A stretch of 63,618 nucleotides of DNA, counting the filler, from Corallochytrium limacisporum Hawaii (taxonomy: Eukaryota; Protista; Pluriformea), in assembly GCA_002811645.1 (NCBI GenBank). It is 3 parts of 2 records of this genome, joined end to end, with 100 filler letters (N's around TTAATTAATTAA, not from the genome) between each part and the next. Parts side by side here need not be neighbours in the genome. Positions count along the whole stretch, not along the records: positions 1 to 29,489 come from PDIP01000121.1; 2 more parts are not named here. One strand, written 5' to 3'. The position numbers and the translations under genes were made by a program. The notes below the pieces were generated by a model. The model saw only the letters and a list, made by a program, of their open reading frames with translations. It had not been told where the DNA came from and ran no database searches. Positions 1 through 13,400 of the stretch are shown here, piece after piece (the first letter of the stretch is position 1; each line of letters opens with the position of its first letter).

Positions 1-1086
1 CGCGGCATGCGAACGGATGCCAAGGGGGGGGGGGAGGGTGTGGATAGCGAAGCCCTTAGTTAGCGCAAATTGGGCGGTCTGCACAAGGTTTTTGCTCTTG
101 GACCGTGCGGGCTGTGCTGGTGCGGGCCATTTTCTATGGTATAAACAAACAACACATGCGCTGAGAGGACAGCAGGAAGACCGCATGAACACGCTCCGTC
201 TGGTGTGGAAAACATACGGTCAAGTCAATCAGTTACAAAAACATACCCAGGCATGGCTCCCTGTGAATTTCTATTTGTGGGGACCCCTGCGTGGCCCTTT
301 GCTTCTTGTCGAGCTCTTCTTGCGGTTCTGATCCGTCTCCGCACCAAGATTTTTCATTGCCACAATGTTTCACTGGCAGACAAACTTGAGCGGCCCTTTT
401 TTCTCTCCGTTCTTTGACGTGCATCCTTCCCAGCCTGGAGGAAGCATTCGGTACTTTCAGCATAGAAGCCACCGAAAACACTCTCCTTCTCACCTCCCAC
501 CCCCCTTCCCTCCATCCGCCCTTTTCGTGGCCCCCACCCCCCGGGGGGACACTCACCACACACACACTCCAGTGTTTCTTGTTCGACTGATTTTTTGCCT
601 TCTCCCAAACCGCTTGGCAAAAAATCCCCTTCATTACCTATTGATAAATGGTCAGCAAGAAGGCCATGAGGCCTGGGACGGGAGTTCTCCAGCGCGGACT
701 GGGCTTGTATTGCCCTGTTGCCTTGTCATGCGGTGCGGTGTGATTTTATGGAGCAGCGGCGACTCAAGGGTTTTGGCCCGAGAATTTCCCCAGAGGGAAC
801 ACATACAACACACGAATTGGGGCCTCTGTAATAGCAATTCGGATCTCAGGTTTTAGTGTTTGTACGTTATGTGGATTTTGATATCGATAGACAAGGGTTT
901 GGATGCGTTAACGGACGAGGCTCACTAATAATGGGGTGTTAGTTCAAGTATCCCATTGGTATAAAAACAACGGATCGAATAATAAACAACCTCGTGGGAG
1001 GGAATCTATTTTATATTATACGAAAGGGTTTCCCCGGAAGTTCGTCGGGAACAATAGCCAGAGTGACCCAGACGGGAAATATAGTT

Positions 1087-1876
1087 ATGCTGTACCGTAT
1101 TGCAGGAAGGACCGCCACCCAGGTGACTCGCTCCATCGCTCAGCGCGGTGCCGTGCACCATGAGGCTCTGATTCAGCGTGTGCCCAAGGCTAAGCTGCGC
1201 CATGTCCCCAACATGCCGACCGCTGCAGAGATCTCCAAGCTCCGTGAGCTGGAGAAGGGACCCTGGACTAGTCTGTCTATGGATGACAAGGTTAAGCGTA
1301 GGTAATATTTCAAGACGAGAGAAGTGCAACGGATCAGATAGAGTTCTTGACGGGAATCTTGCTTCAGCAATCCAAGACGTTCCCCTGATGAACCAATCGA
1401 TCTGGTCTTTGTACTTTCTCATTAGGGTATTTTTGTGTATGTTTGGGAAGGAATTTAGTTTGCTAACCATCGGGATATTTGATTTGCATTCTTTTTACAT
1501 GTACAGTGTACAAGGCTACCTATGGTCTTTCTCGCGTCCAGCTCCAGCTGGCTCATAAGGCTAAGGACACCGGTAAGGTTGTTGCTGGAACTGCTGGCAT
1601 CGTTGCTGTCAGCTTGTTCTTGGCGTATCTGTCTCGCGTCTTCTGTAAGTATTTTGATTTTCTCTGTGGCTGAGACTGCAGTTGCGATTAGGAATATCGT
1701 CCGTAGGGAACACATCAACTAACTGTTTTTACTGACTTTGTCTTTTCTTCATTCCTACAGCCGCCAACCCCGATGGATCTCGCCCCATGACTGATGAGCG
1801 CATTGCTGCCGTTAAGGAGCGCATGGTCAAGGAGAACATGGAACCCATTGGTACCAACACTTGGAGCAGCAAATAA
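1087..1876 (+). CDS. COX4: Cytochrome c oxidase subunit IV (animal COX4 / yeast Cox5 family); 3 exons: 1087-1297, 1507-1644, 1761-1876
   Basis: Spliced reading gives an Arg-rich presequence, then LRELEKGPWTSLSMDDKVKLYK (recalled human COX4: LKEKEKASWSSLSMDEKVELY), one TM helix and ERMVKENMEPIG. GT..AG introns 1298-1506 and 1645-1760 keep the frame and carry branch motifs. Confidence 0.9.
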
Positions 1877-4800
1877 GTAATTTGCAGCTTAGTTGAATCC
1901 AACCATCCTCCGACCCACATTTACAAGGATACATGCAAAAATGTTATATTAGGATCATGGCATCGACTGCTGAGCGAGTTTACGTCTGTTTGGCGTGAAG
2001 AGCTAGCGGTCCGATGGACATCTTTTTCCACTTCACCACATCTCAAAAAAGAGAAAAGATTACACAGCAATCGATATCGAACTTGATCATAATGTCTCAT
2101 GTGAGTGTTTCGTGGATGCCCCTGAGTCAAGCTGTCTCGGCAGCTGCTAACTTTCCTTGACCTGCTCAAGCATTTCCTTTTGCTTCTGCATCGTAGAATA
2201 AGACTTACACGGTACATCATCCCACCCCCATTGAACCATTCACGGCACTCTCTTTGCCGACGGGGAATGTGACCGATCAGGGCGACCAACATGGGAAGCA
2301 AGACCTCTGACCGAGGCTCTCTGGTCCCCCCCCCTCCCCCGGGGCCCTTGGCTGTCACCGTCAACGGGGTAGGGAGATACATAGCTGATAACCTAACAAA
2401 TGCCTGCTCGCCGTGCTTCGGATTAAGTGCCCCAGAGTGGCTGGCCGGAGAGCCAACGAGGGAGGGGACCACAGGGCCAGAACCCTGGCGGAACTGCGCA
2501 ACCTTGGCCCCCCTCCTTTTCTTCCGGGGGGTTCTTCTCCGTCCCTGGCCGGTGACCAAGCCACAGGCGAAACACGATAAAAGTTTTTGGTCTTACGAAT
2601 TCAAAGGCGCCGCCCTTCCCCGCCGTACCGCGCTGGGGTTTCGGAAGGGGTCCCGGTTTTTTGGGTTTCTTATTTTTTTTTTGGGTGGGGTGTATATTTT
2701 TTTTCCGGGTGGTTGGCTGCCCTCAAGCCTTGCGCCCCTCGCCCGTCGTCGGAGTTGAGTTTTCCGCGCCCAAATCACAGTCCACCGCACCAAAACGTCT
2801 CTTGGGCATGAAAGCACACCAAACTCTTTACTTATTTTTTTTTGTTAATTTCCGGTGCCGAAATCTTTTAGCGGAGAAAACGGAGCTGAAAATATACCTA
2901 TATTTAGTATGAAAATGACACACACGGGCCAATTGGCACGTACGAGCGATTCCTGAGACTAAAAACACAAAAGCGAAAAATGCACAGCAACGAGGGACGG
3001 TTGATTATAAAAAGAGGAATGACCAGGTAGAAAAGAGAAAGAGAGAGAAGAATAGAGAGACAGCAAGAAAGAGCGCGCTCATTAGCGGCGGCATGTCAAA
3101 TGTTTTCGGTTAGGGAACTACGAAAGAAAAAAAAAAGGAAATGGGCCTTCGCCCTCTCCCTCATCATCCCTCGATGGGCCTTTCGAGCACGTGCTCCTAC
3201 CCTACCGCTAATTTTTTCCCTTGGGTAGTTCCCGCTCTTTTTTCTATATCTTTTGTGTGTGTGTGTGTGTGTATGCGTGTGTTTTACGGCGTTTCATGTT
3301 TGTGTCATTTGTTTTTCTCTCCCTCTCTCTCTCTCTCTCACTCACACACACACAGTCTTCACTCGGCCGTGGTGCCTCCACAGATTTACTACTCACAAGC
3401 TTTCCCCGACTGTCTACTTTGCTCTTTCCCCGCCACAAGTGCTGGTGGTTGGTGGTGGTGGAAGCTCAGTATTTGCGGTGGTGGGCTCTATTGACTGCTG
3501 GCAATCCTTCTCTCCTTTCTTCCCTCTCCCTCCCCTCCTTCCGTCCTTGTTGGCCAATTCCAGTTTCGCGCCACCGGATCGGTTGCATGCGTTCCTGTCC
3601 ACAATCAAAATTCCTCTGTGCTTCGCTCAGTCCATTCATTAGTAGTGCAACGCTCACTCCTTGCCCCCCGGCCCCCCGGGGGGAGGGAGGGGGTGGTTTG
3701 GGGTTTCGATCCATCCGATCCGCGCGCCTGTCCGTGAAAGGATGGGTTTTCGTGAGGCAAACGCGATCACATCATCTCCGCCGGCAGACGAGCGATCCCG
3801 CATCGTTGCAGGGAGCTCCCAAAAAAGAAGAAATGATAACGGGAATAAAATATATGGGAATAATAAAGGAAACGAATAATTCGCAAACTGTCATTCACTG
3901 CCACCGTCACCTTTGCGATCTTGGCCGTGGTCCTGGGAGTTCATAACAAATGAACTACGAAAATTCTTCTCGGCAGGCAATGCATGATCACACAGCTCCA
4001 GCAGGGGAAGAGAGGAGGCCACTGACCCACGGTTGAAATGGTTCCAATGGAGAAAGACCCGGGAGGGAGAAAAGTCAAGGCCACCCTGCCCCCCCCCACC
4101 AAAGTTTTCTTGATGACTCGGATGGATTTTCATCAGCGGCTGGCCAATCTCCCGCTCTCTCTCTCTCTCTAGCTTCCCTTCCTCCCGAAAATGGCTCCCA
4201 AGTCGGGTCCTAAGTAAGAGATGGCTACAATTGCAAAAAATGGCGAAGTGGAATGGAAACTCGGTGCTCTCTCCGTCACCCCGCGGGGGGAAGGGGGAAC
4301 CAAAGGGGGACAAAAGAAAAAAAGGGGGAACAATATATTAAAAAAAAAAACAGGCAGACACGGGAAGAATCAGACTTGAAGAAATTTCTCAATATGGTCA
4401 TCGCCCGGTGCCATACATTGCATATGGGTGTGCGTTCTGGTGCCACCTTCTCTTCTCAACACGCCTACTGGTCACAGAGGCCGGGAGTGAGGATGGGCTG
4501 ATCATTTATCATACTAAATGTATGCATTTGGTTCGACGTGAACGCCGGGAGTGTGTTTCTAGAACAAATGCACGGGACACTGCGGCGATGACTAGTTCTG
4601 TGCTATGCCTACATCTTAACATAGATCTTTCTGGGAATATGGCTATAAACCGATGTTACAATAGTACTTATTGTATTCCATTTTTTACCATTATTGGATA
4701 TCAATGGAGCTTCTTGACCTCTTGGCGAAAACAGCGCCGACGCTGCCAGTCGTCGAGAAAGAAATTAGGCATCCTTTCCGACGTCACCCCCGTCCCTCCC

Positions 4801-5916
4801 ACCCCGCCTTCGCCCTTACCAACCGATCCCAGCAAGGAAACACCGCCAATCTCCCCCTTTTTCCTTTCCTTAGTTTTTCGTTCCCTCCGTTTTCGTTTTC
4901 TTCCTTTTTCTTTTTTGGTTTCCTTTATCGCGCCCGCCTCTCTTCTCTCTCTCTTTCTCTCTTTCTCTCTCTCTCTCTGTGCAGCAGCAAGCGCGTGAGG
5001 TTCCACGCGCAGGTGGCACGAACAACGAACAAAAAAAAAACAGGCAGCGACGGCACTGGCGCAGCCAAAACGCGGGACAAAATTACAAAATAGACAAAAA
5101 AAATGGGGCCAAAAAGACACGGAGGAGAGCACCGGAGCAGATGCCGAGCCGAAGGACGCCACTGCCGTCGTTGGGGAAGAGAGAGAGAGAGAGCGCGAGC
5201 GAAGATGATTTGGGGAAGATTTCGGGAGAACGGGCAGCACGGACACGTAACACAGACAAAAAGAAAATGAAAGTGGCATATGAAGGAATATGTAAAGACT
5301 TGTGGCTCTGATGTAATATATTAACTATGAGATTGTCAGCCAATACTATCAGTATCTGTAAAAAACAGATATCTGTGTGTGCAGGCGGCGCCTAACCAGC
5401 GGGGTGGGTCAAACGTCCCTTCGCCTAATTTGGCCAGCCCAACCGGACCAAAACTTTGAAAAAAGGGGGGAAAATTGGAAGAAAAAATAAGTGAGAAAGT
5501 AAACAGAGGTGCTCCTGTGTATAGTTGTATAGTTCATGTTCTTCTCAGAAATCACTTTATGGAGAGAGGGGGAAAAAAACCCAGGGCAGGTGTCCGATTC
5601 GATTTCTCCCAATTTTTCTGGGCCCTTCTCTCCGCTCCAAATCCCCCACCCTCCTACCCTCCTTTCTTCCTTTCTTATCTCCCTCCGTCTCCCATAGTCA
5701 AACTTCTCGCTATTTTCTTCTTATCCCTTTCCTTTTCTTTTTTCTCTTTAATTTGTTCTAGACCGTTCCCCCGGGGGGGGGGGGGAGAGCGCTGAGAGCG
5801 GTAGAAAAGTAAAACCCGGAAGTGGCGGCAGTCCCGCCCCTTAGAAAAAAAACCACTTCGCCATAACTGCGACAGTGGGACAGTAGGGGCCGTGTGGTGG
5901 CTGGCTGGCGGGCGGC

Positions 5917-5948
<32 letters not shown>

Positions 5949-6311
5949 TGAGAGAGAGCGAGCGAGAGATGGTTCACATGCGGAATACTCTGTGCGTGTG
6001 TGTGTTCGCAAGTGTTTGGGCGTGTGGTGGGTCTTCATGTTTTGCTGGAGTGCGCGAGAAGTTCTGGACACGAACTTTTGGTGCGCACCAAAACCTTTAT
6101 TCCTTGTGTTTCGGCAACGACGAACACACATTGAAGAGTATGGCGTAATTGTTTACTGAATGGTGTGGTATTTGACGCCCGCATCGTTTCAACTTGTACG
6201 GTTACAGCTTCTCGTAGTTATCCAGCCGCCTTTGAGCAAGTACACACAAGTTTCTAAGAGCAGTCGGGAATCTCCAAGAAGGAGTTCTAACAAGTCAACA
6301 ACACTCTACGC

Positions 6312-6650
6312 ATGTCGTCGGATATCGCCAACCTCCAGACCTTTGATCCTTTTGCAGATGCTGAGCCTGAAGTGACAGGTGGCAAGCAAGGCAACTTTGT
6401 CCACATTCGTTTGCAACAACGCAACAACCGCAAGTATCTCACCACCATCCAAGGCATTGGTAAGGAGTTCGACCTGAGCAAGCTCGTCAAAGCCTTCAAG
6501 AAAGATTTCGCATGCAACGGTACCGTGGTTCAGCACTCTGAGTACGGTGAAGTCATTCAGCTGCAGGGTGACCAGCGTCAGAAGGCCCAGGAATTCATTG
6601 TCGGCGAGGGTATTGCCAAGAAGGGCAACGTCAAGGTTCACGGTTTCTAA
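6312..6650 (+). CDS. EIF1: Translation initiation factor eIF1 (SUI1)
   Basis: 112 aa with FDPFADA, VHIRLQQRNNRKYLTTIQG, KKDFACNGTVV, GEVIQLQGDQR and C-terminal KVHGF. Confidence 0.98.
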   Translation: MSSDIANLQTFDPFADAEPEVTGGKQGNFVHIRLQQRNNRKYLTTIQGIGKEFDLSKLVKAFKKDFACNGTVVQHSEYGEVIQLQGDQRQKAQEFIVGEGIAKKGNVKVHGF

Positions 6651-7386
6651 ACTGAAAGCTGTGACTTGGCAAGACATTTTGGTGGCCAAAAAACTGTCCG
6701 AAAGCACTTATTCAGTGTATACTTGATATTGACGGGCATCCCAATCCAGAAAAGAAAAAGAAAAGAGCCATTTTGTTTTACCTCCACGGGATTCGGTATC
6801 TAGAGCGAAACTGTATCCAACAGGCTGTTGCGAATTTGGAATCTTGTATGCAAGACGGGAAGTCTGAGAGTAGGTGTAACGATTGAATGTCTGCGAGCAC
6901 AATGACGGACGTTGAAGGGAAGAGTTCACGCAGATGAATCTCTTCCCGCAAAAACTATTTTATCGTTCGCATTTTCACAGTCTTTACATTCCATTCATTC
7001 GTTCATTCGTATTTTTGCATGCATGACCGCGTCTATTCATCTTTCCATAATCCTCTTGGCCCACACCGGGTCATCATGAATCATGTTTCGTTTCAAATAG
7101 AACATTTCTAGCATTCCGTGAAAGAACCAAAAAAAGTCCTAATTTGTTTTAGTTTTCGGACCTGTTCAGAGCGAAGTCTATGAGCGAACAGTGTTTACTC
7201 GTCACAACGTCGTCAAAGCATCGAAGTCCTGGACAGTGTCATGCTGCTACTTGAGTCTTTTGCGGGGTGGGCTTTATTTCACCTTGTTTACTACACGATT
7301 GAGTGGAATTTTGCGACCTGGACAGATTCCAGGGCCTGGTGGGGTGTGAACTATGTTTTGGATTGCGCGGGAGTCTCTTGGCCGGT

Positions 7387-8148
7387 TTACTTGTCAGCAC
7401 CACGCTCCTTCTTCTTGGCTTCAGCTTCAGCCTCTTTCTCCTTTTCGATAACCTTGACCAGATCATCAATTTTTTCGCTCTCCATGAACTCCAGAGCCTT
7501 GCCACGGCGCATTATGGCAATTTCAATGTTCTTGCCACCACCTTGAACGACCTCCATCAGAGACTTAACCACAAGTTTCACTGTGGCTTCCTCGGTGACG
7601 GTGGTTTCATCGTTAGTGTGGTTCTCCAGGAATTCGCGCACGCTCTTCGATGACCGTCCGGTGGCATTAGCCCTCCATTCGCTGTAGGTACCGCTGGGGT
7701 CCGTCTGGTAGAGGTGGGGGGAACCATCGGGGTCGAAACCGACAATGAGTGTGGAGATACCGAACGGTCGCACACCACCAGATTGGGTGTAGCGCTGCTG
7801 CACACCAGCAATGTAACGTGTAATGTACTCCACTGTACAGGGGTCTTCGACAGTTAGACGGTGGGACTGGCACTCTACACGCGCACGGTTCACGAGCACA
7901 CGGGCATCAGCAGTCAGACCGGCAAAGGCCATGCAAATGTGGTCGTCCACGGTGACAATTTTACGTACGGTACGAGGGTCCTGCAGCTTTGCTGTGGAGC
8001 GTTTTTCTACACCTAGAACCAGAATATCCTTACCGCGCACACCGACGGCAGTTGTACCCTTGCGCACAGCCTCCAGTGCATACTCTACCTGGAAAAGATG
8101 GCCGTCCGGCGAGAAGACCGTAATGGCGCGGTCGTAACCCCTACTCAT
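7387..8148 (-). CDS. PSMA7: 20S proteasome subunit alpha-4 (PSMA7/Pre6)
   Basis: [20 protein letters not shown] alpha-subunit signature; [10 protein letters not shown] and [11 protein letters not shown] are typical of alpha-4. Confidence 0.97.
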   Translation of the reverse strand: MSRGYDRAITVFSPDGHLFQVEYALEAVRKGTTAVGVRGKDILVLGVEKRSTAKLQDPRTVRKIVTVDDHICMAFAGLTADARVLVNRARVECQSHRLTVEDPCTVEYITRYIAGVQQRYTQSGGVRPFGISTLIVGFDPDGSPHLYQTDPSGTYSEWRANATGRSSKSVREFLENHTNDETTVTEEATVKLVVKSLMEVVQGGGKNIEIAIMRRGKALEFMESEKIDDLVKVIEKEKEAEAEAKKKERGADK

Positions 8149-9190
8149 GTTTGACTTTGTTCTTAGTCCGCTAAGTTGATAAGCAATACCCTACAAGAGA
8201 ATTCAACGCGCTGATAATTCCAAAAGGCAGACCTCCTTACGACTCCTTCGTGAGGTGTATCACACAGCCAGCGTACCAATCCGATCAGCCTGACCGTTCA
8301 TCCTCGGGCCCTTAGTCTTAAATATACCTTCAATTTATTGTACTGCAGTCGAATACTATGGAATGAGGTGGGCTTACTGGCCTTCGAACTCTTGTCCGCG
8401 CAGTGACTGCCTCGTAAGGACTGCTCTGCGCGGATATTCGTCAGGAACAATTTGGGCATCGGTCGGTCGGCGCTTACGCTCGTTCTCTGGGCTATCCTCG
8501 GGCGGCCCCGCGCCCTAGGTCCGAAAGGGAGGGGAGAGTTGGGGTGGGGGGGGGGCCGGGGGCATGCGCTCCGTGCTGAGGGCCCAAGAAAAAGGACCGG
8601 GAGGTTCACTGGGCAGCAAGACACCCCGAAATATTAGGGCCAACAAAAAAAAAAGAAAAAAGAAAAAAAAAGGCAAAACAATCCCCAACGCAAGCCTTCC
8701 GGACCGTACATTCAGTATGCACTGGCTTTTTTGGTTGCTGGTGATTGTCCGTCGACCGGTTCCCAACATGGGTTTCCCGTGAGCTCTTCGGTACTTTGCC
8801 GGTACGGACGCCGGATGTTCCATCCCGGCCAGTAATGAATGTACCGTTGCAAAGAGCTCGCTAACGGGGGCCGCTTTTTGGGAGGCCACGGGGTGACGCG
8901 GCAGGGGAGGAGGCAAGAACAATGGGACAGAAAAAACAACAGCGATTGGATCTAGAAAGCATATCCACAAGAAGAGTGTATTCGCTGTTCTGCAGAAGGT
9001 TGGCACGGTGTTTTCTCCAATTTGGCATATAAGACATTATAGCCGGAGACCCGGTGGTGAAGGATTACATACATCGCCGAATGTTCTTTCTCGTGTCTGT
9101 TGGTGGATTACAAGGCTTGACTACTGGATAGAGATGCGGAAGGCAAATCTCCTGTCCGTTGGCCTAATCAAGTTGATACCTGTGAGACGC

Positions 9191-10423
9191 TCAGGCAGAC
9201 TTGGCGAAACCGAGGCGCCTGTTGCCGTAGTCGAAGACGGTGTAGTACTTGGCCAAAAAGACATCACCGAAGATCCACAGAGGACCAGCAGGAGGAGGCA
9301 CATCCAAGCCCATGAAGCCGGAGATGCACTGAGACTTGCCACCGGCAGAAATCTCGAGGATGTAGTCCTCGGCGTCCAGGGTGTACTCCTTGCCATCAAT
9401 GTCGATGCTCATGGAGGGCATGGAGTCCTTCTTGGCGCAGTCCACAGTGTAAGAGCCGCCGAAGGTGGGAGTGGCACCAATAGCCTCGTTCAACTTCTTG
9501 ATGTCCTCAGTGGGACCGACCATGAGGGACGTACCGGTGTCGGCGATGGCCTGGCAGCCCTTTTCGCAGAAAGTGGAGTCGCCGATGGTCATCTTGCCGG
9601 AGGCAAACTGCCAGTAGGCAGCGCGGGTCAAGGGGACGTACTGGAAGTCACCCTTGTAGTGCCTGGGGTCAGTGCCGCCGAGAACGATCTCGCCGCCCTT
9701 CTTGGAGTCGGCGTCGACGCCACGGTTCAGCCAGAAAGCGAAGACAGGCTCCTTAACAACACCCTGCTTGACCATGTTGTCGAACACAGTGGGCACGCCG
9801 TTCACGGAGATGGCGTTGAAGCCCATACCCAAGATACCGTCGAAGCGAGCAGCAATGAAAGTGATGCCGGGCTCCTTGATGGCCTCACCAAAGGTCTGGG
9901 CCTTGACGGTCAGGCCGGCGACATTGACATCGTCGACGGACTGGTAGCCGCTCAGAGAACCGGAACCGTACTGCAGGGCAAAGTCGGTGCCATCCTCCTT
10001 GTAGGTGCTGGACTTAGTGGCATCGTACTTGTTGTGGAGCTGGCAAGCAAAGTTCAAGAAGGAGCATTGCTTGGAGGGGACCCACAGGTTGGAAGAGCCA
10101 GTGTCGAAGAGGATCTCAAAGTTCTGTGGAGGGGTACCAATGCTAATCTCACCGTAGTATTGCGCATCATCAAAGTCATGCAAGTACTCGCCGCTGCCCT
10201 TGCCCTCGTCCTTCTTGAGCAAGTGGGGGACGTACTTCTTCAGATACTTCTCCTGGCGAGCGACCTCAACCATGAGGCTGCGCTCCACGTCGCGGGGATC
10301 CTGAGCATCAACCTCCATCAGGTGGTGCTTGACGGTCTTCTCCACCTTGGTCAGGGGAATAATAATGGGTTCGGCGGCGGCAACAGCAGCCAGAGCCGCA
10401 ATGACAAAGCTAGCAAACTGCAT
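9191..10423 (-). CDS. CTSD: Cathepsin D-like pepsin-family (A1) aspartic protease precursor
   Basis: Signal peptide and propeptide, two catalytic motifs (FDTGSSNLW and ADTGTS), the polyproline loop DVPPPAGPLWIFGDVF, and C-terminal RLGFAKSA. Confidence 0.95.
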   Translation of the reverse strand: MQFASFVIAALAAVAAAEPIIIPLTKVEKTVKHHLMEVDAQDPRDVERSLMVEVARQEKYLKKYVPHLLKKDEGKGSGEYLHDFDDAQYYGEISIGTPPQNFEILFDTGSSNLWVPSKQCSFLNFACQLHNKYDATKSSTYKEDGTDFALQYGSGSLSGYQSVDDVNVAGLTVKAQTFGEAIKEPGITFIAARFDGILGMGFNAISVNGVPTVFDNMVKQGVVKEPVFAFWLNRGVDADSKKGGEIVLGGTDPRHYKGDFQYVPLTRAAYWQFASGKMTIGDSTFCEKGCQAIADTGTSLMVGPTEDIKKLNEAIGATPTFGGSYTVDCAKKDSMPSMSIDIDGKEYTLDAEDYILEISAGGKSQCISGFMGLDVPPPAGPLWIFGDVFLAKYYTVFDYGNRRLGFAKSA

Positions 10424-13400
10424 GGTTAGGGCGCAAAATGTTCACAACCAAAAGTTACTGCAGAACAAAGGAATGGATTCCGCTCTGAAGCTGAAGTTTT
10501 TCAAGCAGGCAGCGTCGTGCCTAGTACCTTTGCTGACTAATTGTCTCGCTCCGCCGAACCATCATTCCTGCGCAGCCTGGCGACCCTTGGCAGTCCTTCG
10601 GCTATTGAAGGTTCAATGGACTGAGTTCTCCCTTGTATTGAACCCCAGAAATGCCAGAGCGCAGAAGCCAAGGAAAAGTAAACATTACAGGAAGATATCG
10701 ACAACTCTCCCTCTGCCTCTTCCGTCTACTTATCAATTCCCTCTGTTATCATCGATGTTACGGTTCCGGGCTCTCACTGTCTCTCTCTCTCACCTTGCAA
10801 AGTCTGTTCTCTGGTCCTGCTGTCTGGGATCAACCCAAGCCTAGGCACAGCACAACACACCCCCCCCCTGCGGCAGCAGGGGATGGGGAGAGAGAGAGGG
10901 AGGGGGGGGGGACCAGCCCAAACCCAACCCCGGAGAGAGGAAGCCCCCGGGAACCCGCGGGGAGGGGGGGGGGTTTTGTGTTGCTTTTTTTAAACACTCG
11001 CTCTCTCTCGGTGCCCGCCGTGTCTCGCTCGCTCTCTCTCGCTCTCACCTGCGCTTTCGGCCGGGTTGTCTATCGCAACAAGCGAAAACATTACACAGGC
11101 ACACACACACGCACACGCACACGCACAAAATACGCCCCGGGCACACTCCCTTTTGCCACACACTGCCATAGTGAAGCCCACGCACCACGCACGCACGCCA
11201 ACGCACGCAACGCAACGCAAACAGACACACCTCCCTCCCTCCCCCCCGTAGGAGCCGACTGACTCGCCCTTTTGGTATGCTGCCCCGCGTACCGGGTGTC
11301 GCGGGGTGCGTGTGTGTGTGTGCAGAGCCAGCACCGGCACCCCGACACCGAGGACCACCACCAACGGAGAACCCCTCGTCTCACCAATTTTTTTTTCTTT
11401 TTCCCGGTGTGTACCGGAGAAGGGTGTTTTTTTCCTTGGGGGGTTTAGAGCGGACGCGGCGGCGCCTCCCTCCCTCCCCCCGCGTGAAATCGCCCTCTTT
11501 TCCCTTGGGCTTCTTTTTGTTCCGCAAGAACCGGGCCTGGGGGCTCTTTAGAGCCTCTGGCTCGAGGGCAAGCTCCCCAGCTCCACTGCCCCTCGCTTCC
11601 AACACAAAACTCCCGGTTTGGGGCAGAGGGGGAAGGGGGCACAAAAATTTGCCCTTAGGTTCACTATAGCCAACCATCTTGTTGTTTCACTTGGTATTCT
11701 TTCCTTTTGGTTTTTTTCTTCGGTTCTTGGCCGATAATCTCAGAAGTCGCCGGGTCGTCGTCGTCCGTGGTTAGTTTATCAATTGTTTTGCCTTTTGGTT
11801 TTGCAGTAGTTAATGTACTGAAAATCAGCCTTGATCGATGAAGAGGAGGAGGTAGAAGGGGAGGGACGTTGAAGAAAAATTTTCTCCCGTTTGCGTAAAA
11901 GCCGGCAGCAAGGGATCAAAACCAGTACAGTCACTTCCGGGTGCAAAAAAAAAAGAAAAGAAAAAGGACGGGTGCTAAATGGCTCTCAAAGTTTGCAAAC
12001 TCTAACACCACCACCACCAACCACCAACCACCACCGCGCCACCGTCACAGCAGCAGCAGCAGCAGCAGCCATCTTCATCATCGCAGCACCAACCCTGACC
12101 ACCGCGAGTCTCTCTCTCTCTCCCCCTCTGTCACACACACACACTCTCTCTCCCTTAAGCCCCTCCCAAATTCTTTGAAATGGAAGGAAACAAGGGGAAA
12201 AGCAAGGAAAGAAAGGAAAGGGAATGAAAAACCCCTCCCCTCCCCCCTTCGGGGAAGAGACGGAAAGAGAGTAGTACAATGGATACTCCTCCTGCTGCAC
12301 AACATAAATGAAGAAAGGAGTCAGGAAAAACTTAGTAGAACAATAACCCCACCAAATGCTTCGATAATTTTTGTATGTTGAAATCATTGGTGAGCCACCG
12401 GGGGGGGGGGGGGGGATTTTGCATCGAACCCGCAAGATCGGAGAGGATGACCAACCCAACCAAAAAATAAGGCTTATACAAAAACAATTGAAAAAAAAGG
12501 ATCAAAGAATTTGGTTTTATTTGGTGGTCCTTTCCGATCGATTTTGTTTTTTTTATTCTTTTGAAACAGAGAGCAAGGACCCACAAAACTTTTACAAACA
12601 CAACACGCACTCCTTTCGCAGCATCGTCAGCACTTGGCACCAGTAAAAAGGAGGGTTCTCTCCCCTTCGGGGTTCCCCCTCCGCCCCCTTCAGTGAACCA
12701 CCGGGACTACGGAAATTCCCGTCCCTTACGCGCCCCTTAAAAACAAGGAAAATCCAAAAATTCCAACTGATTTTACTACTATACACAGAGTATTAACTCA
12801 CATTCCTCTTTTTCGTTTTTTTTCTTATTTTTTTTCCTTTTTCTTGCAGCGAACATTACGCACATCCGAACGCGATTGATGGTGGGGCACACATCGGAAC
12901 GGAACGGACCGGAGATCTTGTTCTTTGTTGGGTCTATGTGTATACTGGGCGTATAGGGACACACGGAACAAAAATTCCTCAACGGCCGTCCCTCTCTCCC
13001 CCCCCCTCGGTTGAAAAAAAGTTGGCAGCGGTTTGTTGTTTCTTTTGTTGGACTGCGCAGTGGATAATACCTATTCATTCATTATAGAACACAGAGTATC
13101 TGGAAATCCCCCACCCACCCACATTTTCAATTAACGATCGCGCTCCCAACCCCACTTGCCCCCTCCCCGGCGCGGGTGTGTGTGGGGGGGGGGGTTGGGG
13201 GATGAAGCGCGCAGCGGACGAGTTCCACACACCCAAGCCAGGTGAGATAAGCATCCAGCATCCAACCAGCAGGAAGTATGCACACATACAATGGCTATCA
13301 CCGGGAAACGGGGATACAAAAAGTATGTGCAGGAAGCAGTTGCATTCTCAGTCTTTACTGGACCTGATCCTTTGCTGTTCATCGGACCGTCAATTTGAAA

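Noticed and set aside
1380-1400. TGATGA box C-like motif in COX4 intron 1
   Set aside because: No downstream CTGA box D or terminal stem is present within the intron.
2560-6150. Many 60-240 aa ORFs rich in F/L/S/C/V or K/R/E
   Set aside because: They are translations of (CT)n, (GT)n and homopolymer tracts. The same applies to 10800-13200, 33000-35000 and 62000-63600.
9008-10429. 473-aa plus-strand ORF antisense to cathepsin D
   Set aside because: It is a shadow ORF in codon register with a strongly biased gene and shows no recognisable motifs.
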